The notes below the pieces were generated by a model that made no database searches, was not told the origin of the DNA, and was given only the letters and a program-made list of their open reading frames with translations. Below, one piece after another: positions 34,101 through 46,100 of a DNA stretch of 64,000 bases (its first letter is position 1; each line of letters starts with the position of its first letter). Origin of the DNA: Klebsormidium nitens (taxonomy: Eukaryota > Plantae > Klebsormidiophyceae). Location of the stretch: NCBI GenBank assembly GCA_000708835.1, contig DF237458.1:3210-67209 (forward strand). The letters run 5' to 3'. The translations under genes and the position numbers were made by a program.

Positions 34101-37100
34101 TGGCGGGGCGAAGCAAGGCCCACCGGAACTGGAAGGCGATCGACACGCGGGTGACTGATGCGGCGAACGAGGCCAAGGACAACGTCAAGTATCTGACGAC
34201 CCTGGAGAAGAGCCTGGAGCCCATGTACACCGGTGAGCGCACGTATACTTTCGAAAGAAGTTTCCTGAGCGGCCGTTATTGCAGAATCTCTCTAGCCGTA
34301 CTGGACGGAAGGCTCCTGCTTGGCCTTCCATAAAAAGTTTCCTGGACCCGCGCTTGTCACTGACTGACGTCTGAGGCGAGAGGCTTCCTGTCGGTAGCCG
34401 CAAATCAGGAACAAAGCTGAAACAGAATGGAAGGAAGCAAGTTGCTTTCACGTCCTTGTGGGGTACTCTGGCTTACACCAGAATTAATCTACGCCCTGCC
34501 TTCTGACGGTTGCTTTGGCCGTCTAACAAGGTGAAATGGCATCACAAGTTGTGTGCCACCACCGCCCCCTTGCTGACCGCCAAACCTGGACAGATTTTGC
34601 CCCAGCATTTCCCCACTTTTCCCTTCGTAGATTTCAGGTCCTCAGCGCTTTTTGTACTGTCCTTGCAGGCATCCCGCAGGCGATCATCGACAGCCTGCCG
34701 GCGCTGATGAACAACATCAAGATGATGCACACGATCGCGCGCTACTACAACACGCCGGAGCGCATGACCACGCTCTTCGTCAAGGTGACCAACCAGATGA
34801 TCACCAAGTCCAAGGAGTTCATCACCGCGCCCGGCAAGCTCTGGGACCAGGACAAGCAAACCCTGATCGCTAACCTCGGGTTATGCGTCCGGCTGAACGA
34901 GCAGTACCAGGAGCAGTACCGGCTAACCCGCGACCGGCTGCTAACCCAGCCCAAGGGCAAGCAATTTGACTTCAACGAGCAGCGCATCTTCAGCCGGTTC
35001 GACCTGTTTTGCAAGCGGGTGACGAAGCTGGTGGACATGTTCACGACGGTGCACCAGTTCAGCACGCTCGCGCAGCACAGCCACATCGAGGGCCTCGCCG
35101 ACATGACCAAAAACTTCTTCGCCATCGTGGACGAGTTCAAGAAGAAGCCCTACGACCTGCTCGACTACATGAAGAGCCAGGTGAGGGCCGCACCTTGCAA
35201 TCTCCAATTTCTGCTGTCACATCTGCATTCTTAGTTCCAAAACATGAAGCGGCAAAGAATCTAATCATTTTAGTAGCGACGTTTCAAGGCTCCGAAGTGG
35301 AAAATGCGAGGCGTGCCTTTCCAGTGTACAGGGCTATGGTGCGGTTCGGATCCTCGGTACGAGGAAATGCTTTCTGGCAGAACACTAGACTTATCGAACA
35401 TACTCGAGTTGATTCCTCCCAAAACCGAGAGCTTTTCCGGCGCCTGCAGCCCAACAGGAATGAACTACGTCAGAGGCAGATTGGACGATGCGAGCCTCGC
35501 AGAGTTTCTTGTTTCAGCACGCGGCTCACAGCGCTGATTATTCCGCTTTTTCCCGCGGCAGTTTGACCGCGACTACCTGGAGTTCAACGTGAACATCAGC
35601 GACCTGGAGGCCGGGCTGCAGGGCTTCATCAACGCGAGCTTTGAGAACATCACGTCCACCGAGCACGCGCTCAGCCTGCTGCGCCAGTTCCAGGCCATCC
35701 TGCAGCGGGACACGCTCAAGGCAGACCTCGAGGACAAGTGAGCTGACCAGCGAGTGCTCCCTTTCATATTGCATGCGAATGAATCTGAAGGCCAGGAGTT
35801 GTCTTTGCAGACAGCCGTTCGAGTCGGTTCGCGACGCATACGCGCCGGAATACGAAGCCTCAAATTTGATTTTTAATGTTTCCCTTTATCTGTCGGTGGA
35901 TCCCGGGCGCTTTCTTCCGCGCTAACTCCAGACTATGATGAGGATTATAGGATAACGCTTAGCTGGATTGTTAGGGCTGACCTCAGGCGATGAGGTCGTT
36001 GAGCGCTAATCTTCGATCCTGCGAAGCTGCGGCTGGACTGAAGTCCCTACATGCTGAGTCCGGGAGTTTTGGGCGCGCAGGTACATGGTGATCTTCCAGA
36101 ACTACGGGCTGGACCTGGAGGCGGTGCAGAAGATCTACGAGAAGTACAAGCACGCGCCGCCGCTGGTGCGCAACGCGCCGCCCGTGGCGGGCAGCATCAT
36201 GTGGGCGCGCCAGCTGCTGCGGCGGATCGAGGAGCCGATGAAGAAGTTCGCGCACAACAAGACCATCATGGCCACCAAGGAGTCCAAGCGCATCATCAAG
36301 ACCTACAACAAGGTCGCCAAGGCGCTCGTCGAGTTCGAAACGCTCTGGCACCAGGTGCGCACGGGCTGTGGAATTGTTAGCCTTCAGGTCTGGATGCCAA
36401 GGACTCCAGCTTCTTACTTGAGAGTTGCCGCAAGCGTCCGTGCCATCTCTGTGTGGCTTGAGTTGCAGGCAACTGCGCCTCTGCTTGAAAGGAGGGAACT
36501 TAAAACCGGCATTTTTGAGGGCAGAGAGCGACTGAACTTTTGTTTTCAGCGAAAGCATCTCACCTTGAGATACTTTTTCGTTTCCACTCCAGCAAGTTTC
36601 CAATCCACTCTCTCGTCCTGGATGAATCTGAGGGCGCATACTGTCGCGAGCTGCACCTCTTGACACATGTCGCTTCCTCACAGGCGTGGATCCGGAGCGT
36701 GGACGCAAGCAAGGCGGGGCTGCAGGCGACGCTGATCGTGCGGCACCCGGAGAGCGGGTCGCTGCTGGTCAACTTCGACAAGGAGATCATGCAGCTGATG
36801 CGCGAGACCAAGTACCTGCAGCGCATGGGCATCGAGGTGCCCGAGGCCGCCAAGATGGTGCTCCTCCAGGAGGAGAAGTTCAAGTACTACTTCAACCAGC
36901 TGAGCTACGCGCTGCGCGAGCACGAGCGCGTCATGAGCGCGGTGCTGCCCGTGACCAAGCCGCTGCTGGGGCCGCACCTGGACGACCTGGAGAAGAAGAT
37001 CCAGCCCGGCATGTACATACTCACATGGACCTCCATGAACATCGACGGGTGAGCCGCCCCGCGGGCTGCGTCAGGAAGATTCCCTTTCGGTACTTGTTTG

Positions 37101-40100
37101 CGCTTCTGAGAAAGTTGAGGAGTCCGAAAGAAGGCACGCTCCCATACTGCAAGGACACTGCAAAGGTGGCGGGGTCGGTCGTGGCCCTGAAAAAGATAAC
37201 CAGCCGTCCGCGTGAAGAAGCTTTTCTNNNNNNNNNNNNNNNNNNNNNNNNNNNNNNNNNNNNNNNNNNNNNNNNNNNNNNNNNNNNNNNNNNNNNNNNN
37301 NNNNNNNNNNNNNNNNNNNNNNNNNNNNNNNNNNNNNNNNNNNNNNNNNNNNNNNNNNNNNNNNNNNNNNNNNNNNNNNNNNNNNNNNNNNNNNNNNNNN
37401 NNNNNNNNNNNNNNNNNNNNNNNNNNNNNNNNNNNNNNNNNNNNNNNNNNNNNNNNNNNNNNNNNNNNNNNNNNNNNNNNNNNNNNNNNNNNNNNNNNNN
37501 NNNNNNNNNNNNNNNNNNNNNNNNNNNNNNNNNNNNNNNNNNNNNNNNNNNNNNNNNNNNNNNNNNNNNNNNNNNNNNNNNNNNNNNNNNNNNNNNNNNN
37601 NNNNNNNNNNNNNNNNNNNNNNNNNNNNNNNNNNNNNNNNNNNNNNNNNNNNNNNNNNNNNNNNNNNNNNNNNNNNNNNNNNNNNNNNACCAGCCGTCCG
37701 CGTGAAGAAGCTTTTCTGGTCGTACTTAGCTTTGTGTTGCTGTCATTAGATGCGCGCCTTTGCTGACCTTTAGCCGTGGAGCCTCTTTGCGGAAACCACT
37801 TGCATGTGATACGCGCCAAGAACAGATGTCAAGTCAAAGTGTCTCGCATCGAAAAGCAGCACACTTAACCCGCGATTTTCTTTTCGTCAGGTACCTGCAC
37901 CGCATCCACAACGGGCTGCAGCGGCTGGAGGATTTGATCCGCAAGATCAACGACATCGTGGACAACCGCATCGACGCCAATCTTAAGGCCATCAGCAAGA
38001 ACGTGCTGATCGACCTCCCGCCCGACCGCTCCTTCACCTTCGAGGACTTCGTCACCACGCAGTCGCGCTTCATCAAGCGCCAGTCCGAGTTCATGGAGAT
38101 CAGGAACCGCGAGGTGAGCGCTCACCCGGGTTGAGAAGGAGCCCGAGATCTAATGTGGCTTACTACCTTCGAAGCGCAAATGATCGTTCCAAGAGCAGCG
38201 CGAAGAATTTCCAAATTGCGAATCTGAATGTTCTAGCATCGCAAGTGTCTGCCTCGTCTGTAACTCAGCTTCGGTTCTCCTGGTGACGCTCAACGCTCAG
38301 TCACTTGTTCCTTCCTCCGCAAACCTGACTTCAGAGGAAATGCCTGTTCGGTGAAGCATAGCTCAGACTATTCGGTCTGGAGGAGCAGAAGCAACTTTTG
38401 CCGGTGTGCAAAAGAGGAGAGGTTACTGCTGCGAGACTCGATGCTTATAACAAGTAGAGGCTCAAATCAAAGCTCGCACGTTTTGCCAGGTGGAGCGCGC
38501 CGTGAGCGATCTGATCGAGCTCGCGGCCGGCTTCCCGCGCGAGAACGAGGACATGCACATCCCCGCCGCCGAGGTTGCCCGGTTCAAGAACTACTACAGC
38601 AAGCTCATGTACCAGGCCATCCTGGCGGCGACCAAGAACTCGTTCAACAAGATGAAGAGCCGCCTTGGGTGAGATATATAAGCACTCCCGCTCCTTCAGA
38701 TTTGCAGCTTGAGGAGCAGCCGACCTGAGGCTGAAGCTGGAGAAGGTTGTGTCGGACAAGATTCTGCTTCGTGGTCTTGTGCTTGGCAGGCTTTTGATTG
38801 TGAAGCCTTCGCTCGACGAAGAGCTCGTCGGGGTTGTACGAATTGCAATCTTTATCCCGCAATGCGTTCGATATCGTTGCAAGATAGGCGGAAACGAGCA
38901 CCTGCAAAGTATCTCGCTGTGGCTGCTTTTAGGCCCAGGTTTGACTTTGCTAAGCTGCCACCACCTTTAGAACGAGGCTAAATCAAATTCACTTTGTCCG
39001 CAGGTCGCGCGTGTCGGGCGGGTTTTTGTTCGTGGAGCGGCCGTTCTTCGAGGTGGACGTGGAGCTGACGATCCCGAACGTGAGCATGAACCCGTCGCTG
39101 GAGGACATCCAGGACGCCATCAACACGACCGCCAAGAAGGTGCTCTCCTGCTCCAAGGAGCTGCGCGCGTGGAACGCGGAGCACACGTCCGGGAACAGCC
39201 CCAACAGCTTCTTCGACTACCTGGCGTCCGACAAGGAGATCGTGAAGAGCGTGCTGCTGCTGACGGGCAGCATCGAGGGGACGAAGCACCAGGTGATGGC
39301 GTACGTGTCCATGTTCGACAAGTACAACTTCCTGTGGAAGCACGACATGCAGGCCGAGTACAGCGAGTTCATGAAGACGCAGCCCACGCTGGAGGCCTTC
39401 GAGAACGAGCTGCGCAAATACATGGCCATCGAACAGGTGCGGGGCTTTCTCGCTGGCTGGTTTGTTGATTGCAGCGACATGATGCTGGCGGGAAACGGGC
39501 TGCGGTAACGGTCCGCATCATCCACCTGATTCTTGCCGGCTGCTTGCAGCAGATTTGAAAAGCATACGCTGTTCTTGACCTGGATGCTGCGGCTTCCGCG
39601 TGAGAGGGAACCTGATCAAAGACTTACAAAATTGTGAAGAAGGGCAATATGGTATTCACTGGGGCATCGAGTAGCCCCAAGGAAGGCGAGGATTCAAGAG
39701 GAGTCAAGAGCAGCTTCTGGCACAACTGTTGTTCCCGGCCACCGTCTTCTTCATCTTGGAGTTGCAGTAATCATATCCCAGTTCCGTTCCAGGTTGAATT
39801 TAGACTTAGCAAGAAGTATTTGAAACCCCTGCAGGAGATTGCAATGATTGCACCGGTGCACAACATCGGCGCAATCTCGCTGGAGACGCAGCCCATGAAG
39901 TACAGCTTGAAGGCGGAGGCGGCGTCGTGGAAGGCGCAGTTCGCCAAGAACCTGCACCGCCAGGGCTTCGAGGACCTGAAGGCCATCAACAACTACATGC
40001 GCGAGACGACCATCAAGCTCGCGCGCCAGGTGCAGGACCTGGAGGACGTGCGCGCGGTCATGGGCGTGCTCAAGGAGATCCGCGACCGCGAGGCCGAGAT

Positions 40101-43100
40101 CGACGCCATCCTCACGCCCATAGAGGAAATGTACTCCCTGCTCATGAGGTGAGCGGCAGGGCGTTTCTGGAGATGCTTCGGGCACTAGGCTAGAAAATGG
40201 AGGCTCAGAAGGTGGACAAAGTACGACGGCCCGCGGCGGAGGTATGGATAACCGATTTGGTTTCCTGAACCGATTTGGTTTCCTGGTCCCAAGTTGCGAG
40301 GGTCTCGTCATCTCAAAAGAAATCTGGCGTTGATGCACGGCTAGGTCTTCAGGCCAATTCATTCGTCTCTCCGCACATGAGATCCCGCGGGCGTCAATTT
40401 TGTGAATAAGGTCGAGAAAGAGGGAAGGCAAAGCTGACCATTCCAAGTTTTGCCACGTAGAGACTCCAACTTTTCTTATGCTGACTAGAACCCCGGTCAA
40501 AACTTCAGATGCCTGTCGTTGTGTGCGTCAGCTCTTTACATGCGAGCGACATACGAGTGTATATCCTGGGCCAAAATCACATTCGAAAGTGACAGTTCAG
40601 TTTTCACAACCTGAAACCCCTGCGCTCCGCAGGTACGAGGTGCGCGTGCCGAAGGAGGAGAGCGACCAGGTGGGCGACTTGCGGTACAGCTGGAAGAAGC
40701 TGCGCAAGCTGGCGGTGGACGTCAGCGACGGGCTGGCCAAGCTGCAGGTCGGCTTCAAGCGCGAGCTCATCAAGGAGGTCAAGGCCTTCGTCACGGACGT
40801 CACCGCCTTCCGCGCCGACTTCGAGGCCAACGGGCCCATGCTGCCCGGCCTCACGCCCGCCGAGGCCGTCGACCGCCTCAAAAAGTACCAGGGCCTCTTC
40901 GAGGTGAGCTTCCGGATGATTGTGTTGCTTTTGCTCCCTACTATCCTTTTTCTTCCAAAAGTGTTGCTCGACCTTTGCATGCTTTACCTGCATCAAGACG
41001 CTGTCTCTTGCTTCTCCTTGGTGATCTTCTCTCACGACTGTACCTTTGCACGAAGCTCTTGCCTTTGAGGGCACTCTGTCAGCCAGTCAGCTGCCTTCAG
41101 TTTTGACACGATACACCGCTTACGTGGCCGCAGGTGCGCAAGCGCAAGTGGGTGAACTACAGCAGCGGCGAGGAGCTGTTCGGTCTGCCGGTGACGGCGT
41201 ACCCGGAGCTGGAGCGCACGGAGAAGGAGCTGCTGCTGCTGGACCGGCTCTACAGCCTGTACACCTCCGTCATCTCCACCATCAACGGCTACGCCGACGT
41301 CTTCTGGGTCGAGGTCGTCTCCGGCATCGACCACATGCAGGAGCAGGTCCTCGGATTCCAGGTGGGCACGTCGGGCGAAGGAGCAAACAAGTCTCTCTCG
41401 GATTTTAAGAGCAGATTCGCTATTCTAGATCGGCTGCGGTAGCCTTTTAGTTCAAGCTCAATAAGGAGCTCGTCTCTCTGGGCCAGGCTAGCGAGAGTCG
41501 GCATCCTTGTGTTCAACTAAAAGCAGGTGCCATTGTGATTTTCAACTTTGTGATTCTTGAACAGAAGTTGTAAATTCATCGAGTCTCCGAGTAAGCTACT
41601 AGAGGTTTCTCCGATGAAGCTTTCTCGATGCGGAATGTCCTGGATGACGTGGGTGTTACATGGCCCGCTGGCTCTCTTCCTGCAGGACGCGTGCAAGAAG
41701 CTGCCCAAGGCGCTGCGCGACTGGCAGGCGTTTGAAGTGTGCCGCAAGACCATCGACGACTTCCTGCAGCTCCTCCCGCTGCTGCAGCTGCTCTCCACCA
41801 AGGCCATGCGCAACAGGCACTGGATGCAGGTGAGCGCGGGGAATAGCAAAAACGTTTCAAGTTATTGAAGTTCCTGACAAGCAAAGAGGGTGCAAGTTGA
41901 TACTGACCCGTAGAGGCTGCATTTTGACTGCATTGCGTCCAGATGGCAGGCTGGCTCAAAGGTCACGGCAGGTAAAATCAGCATTTGGCAGGATACTCAC
42001 ATATCGACGGTGGCTTTTCTTCCTCTTTGGGAAGCTTACAGGCTGCCTATTTTGCCAAAAACGAAGAAGCTAAATTCTTAATCTCAAGTTGGATGAGCCT
42101 TGACCAACCATTGTTTGTCTCCTTTCCAGTTGATGCACACGACGGGCAAGACGCTGAACTTGGCGGAGGACGTGCTGAAGCTGGCGCACCTGCTGGACTG
42201 CGACCTGCTGTCGCACGCGGAGGACATCGAGGAGCTGTGCACGGCGGCCGTGAAAGAGGAGCAGGTGGAGAGCAAGCTGCTGGCGATCGCGGACGAGTGG
42301 GCGGAGCAGATGTTCACGTTCAGCAACTACAAGGCGCGCGGCCTGGTGACGCTGAAAGCGGCGGAGACGGCGGAGGTGGTGGAGCGGCTGGAGGACAGCC
42401 AGATGGCGCTCGGCTCCATGGCGGCCAACCGGTACAGCGGGCCCTTCAGGGAAGAGGTCAACGGGTGAGGCGCGCCGAAGGCCGCTGTTTTAGTCAGAAC
42501 CGATTGCAGCAACGGATCTTGAGGTGACGAGAAGCTTGCTCCCAAGGGTTTCTGGATGTCCAACTTGCAGGAGGCTAAAGCAGGGGCCAAAGAAGAGTAG
42601 TAAAGACAAAGTGGTACCTTTACGTCTGGCACTTTCTAACGACCGAAAATCGAAGTAATTGCGGAACCTTAAAACTTTCCAGTCGCCAGAAGATGATTTA
42701 AGCAAACATTAGTCCCGAACATCCTGGCCGGTCATAGTTCTCCCCCAGGCCTTGTCATCGAGTGCAACTAACAAACTCTGCTCGAAACTATCAATGGTAT
42801 GGGTACCCGGCGACGATCTGATTCGCCGCCTCGCTCAGCCGTGATCTGAGTAGATTGTAGTCCCCGGCATTCCCCTCACTGATCCCTGCCCTCGTTTTCT
42901 CGTGCCCGCAGGTGGATCGTGAAGCTGTCGACGGTGAGCGAGATCATCGAGATGTGGATGCAGGTGCAGAACATGTGGATGTACATGGAGGCCGTCTTCT
43001 CGGGCGGCGATATCGCGAAGCAGCTGCCGCAGGAGGCCAAGCGCTTCCAGAACATCGACAAGAACTACATGAAGATCGTGAGCAACGCGTTCGACGTGAA

Positions 43101-46100
43101 GAACGTGGTGCAGACGTGCTACGGCAACGAGCTGATGAAGAACCTGCTGCCGCACCTGACGGAGCAGCTGGAGCTGTGCCAGAAGAGCCTCTCCGCGTAC
43201 CTGGAGACCAAGCGCGCCGACTTCCCGCGCTTCTACTTCGTCTCCGACCCGACGCTGCTCGAGATCCTGAGCCTGGGCAGCGACCCGCAGGCCGTCCAGC
43301 CGCACTTCCAGAGCGGCCTCTTCGACTCCGTCGCCGCCGTCACCTTCGACCGCGCCGACAAAACCAAGATCACCGAGCTGCACAGCGTGCAGGGCGAGAA
43401 GGCGAGTCGGCTCCGCCCTCTTGCTGTGCGAGCGCCCCTGGGAATCAGTCCTTTTGACCTGGTTCCTCCGCATACGTGCTACCTTCTCATGAAAGCTGGC
43501 AGCCGAAATCGTGCGGCGTTCTAAGCTTATTAGGAGGCAGCACCCAATCACTTCAATAGAAGCTCGAGAGCGCAACACGACAACCGACAATCGCATCTGA
43601 ATGTTTCCGCTCTGCCCCAAGCTGTGCGCTCGCTTGCCACGTGAGAGCCGTGTCTCACTCACTAAAAATAAGTCGTCGTTTTGGCGCCTCTTTGACACTC
43701 ACTGACTTTCAACAACGTGCGCACTTGCTGACGTGGCTAGTTCTTTGGCGCGCGTGCAGGTGAAGCTAGCGGAGCCGGTGTCGGCGGTGGGCAACATCGA
43801 GGACTGGCTCAAGAAGATGGTGGCCGGCATGCAGGACACCATCAAGAAGATCATCCGCAAGTCCTGGGAGGAGGTCAACGCGCTGCCCGTCGAAAAGTTC
43901 ATCTTCAGCTACCCAGCGCAGGTGGGCGCTCCTTCAGAAAAAGCCTGGCTTCAGTTGTAGGGGTGATGTTTGTTCACTGCCAGTATCAATCATAAATTTT
44001 AGACCCCAACGCAAATCAGGAAGCACACGTGCGTGGGAGGCATAAATCCCAGTGGTCCTTTCTTTTCCTTCTTCCCGCACTTTTGTTCCACTATGAAAAG
44101 CTTTCTCTTAGCTGCTCGCCGCAAAGGCGTAATAGTATTCTTTTCCGCCCGCTGAGTCTGCAATCCCGCTTTTTTATCTAGATAAGATGGACCAAGATGG
44201 TCTTATGCAAGGTCCTGTTATCAGTTGTTGAGATACGTGTCTGAAAAGGAAGAGTGTCGAAGCGTGCAGTCTATGTTACAAATCCCTTTTTGGTGGTCCT
44301 GCTCTGTGTAGGTGGCCCTGCTGGGCATCCAGTTCCAGTGGACGGCCGACAGCCAGACCGCGCTGGCGGCCGCGAAGAACGACAAGGCGGTGATGGCGAA
44401 GGCCGTGAAGAAGTGCGACACGCTGCTGCGCGAGCTGGTGGACATCACCACGCGCGACCTGTCCAAGAACGACAGGACCAACGTGGAGACGATCGTGACC
44501 GTCCACGTGCACCAGCGGGACACGTTCGAGGACCTGGTGCGGAAGAAGGTCAAGGAGCCCAGCGACTTCGAGTGGCTCAAGCAGTGCCGCTTCTACTGGC
44601 GGGAGGACATCGACGGTGGGTTGCTTCAGATTTACCCTCACGGGTTTCATACTTCGTGACTTTGCCTCCAGTCATGGACCAAAAGTACTGAAGGAATCTG
44701 AATTTGCCAATAAGCAGGACACAGAAGTCTGAGAAGCCTAAACCGTACAGAGAACTAACAGAAGAACAATCTCGACGTAAACTGTTATCGGAGGATTTGT
44801 CGTACAGAGGGCGACGCAAAGGGAACACAAGAAACATAATCGACTCTCTTTTAGCAGAGCATGGTGGCCGCTTCTGAGATGCTAAATACGATGAATTTTT
44901 GCTGCAGGCGTGATCATCTCGATCGCCGACGTCGACTTCGAGTACAGCTATGAGTATCTAGGCGTAAAGGAGCGCCTGGTCATCACGCCCCTCACGGACC
45001 GCTGCTACGTCACGCTCTCGCAAGCGCTCGGCATGTACCTCGGCGGAGCGCCCGCCGGGCCGGCCGGAACCGGAAAGACGGAAACCACTAAGGACCTGGG
45101 CAGGTGAGCGTCGATTGAAAAGCGATAGCACGTGCAGTGAATTGGCCAATGAAACGCTTTTCTTCGAAACGTTACCACTTTTGCCAGGTTCAGCACTGTC
45201 CCTTCGGTCATCCTTGGGTGAGCAGAGGGTTATTGCAGTGGACCGGGAGTTTTGGAGCGGATCGTGGGCTTTCAATTCTATGAGCTCTTTCATCTCTTGA
45301 TGTCAACAAGCAGTTAATGCTAAAAGACACTGCATACGAAGATCACACCTTGAAAGGTTACTCAGTTCGGAAACCAAGTCCAAACAACCAACAGTCTCGG
45401 GCTTGCTTGTCGAGCGCTCCGTTTTAGCCGTATCGTGCATTTCTGAGTGTCCGCTCCGCTGACTTTCTGTTTTGGGCGTGGTGCAGCACGCTGGGCAAGT
45501 TCGTGGTGGTGTTCAACTGCAGCGACCAGATGGACTACAAGGGCATGGGCAAGATCTACAAGGGCCTCGCGCAGAGCGGCCTCTGGGGCTGCTTCGACGA
45601 GTTCAACCGCATCAACCTCGACGTCCTCTCCGTGTGCGCGCAGCAGATCTTCTGCGTCCTCTCTGCCATCCGCGAGCGCAAGTCCAACTTCGTCTTCACC
45701 GACGGCTCGGTGAGCGCACGGCGCCCGCTCGCCCGGCTCTCTTGCGGGCTTGTTCTACATGCATCTGACGAGAAAGTTTTGCTGGACGTGAACCGGAACA
45801 ACGAAACCGTTCCTACATCAGGATATAGAGAAAGAGGTAGAAGGCATAGAATGAAGGTTCTAAATGTTCAGTAGAACGGGCGCCGAAAGGCAGCCATTCT
45901 TGAACAAGGTTCATCTCCATATATGAAACGCATTTGCTCTTGGATCTTAAGCTACTTTGCTCTTTCCTCTAACCAATGTGTTCATGTGTGCAGCTGACGC
46001 CGCTGGATCCTCGCGTGGGCTTCTTCATCACGATGAACCCCGGGTACGCGGGGCGGCAAGAGCTGCCGGAGAACCTCAAGTCGCTCTTCCGGGGCGTCAC

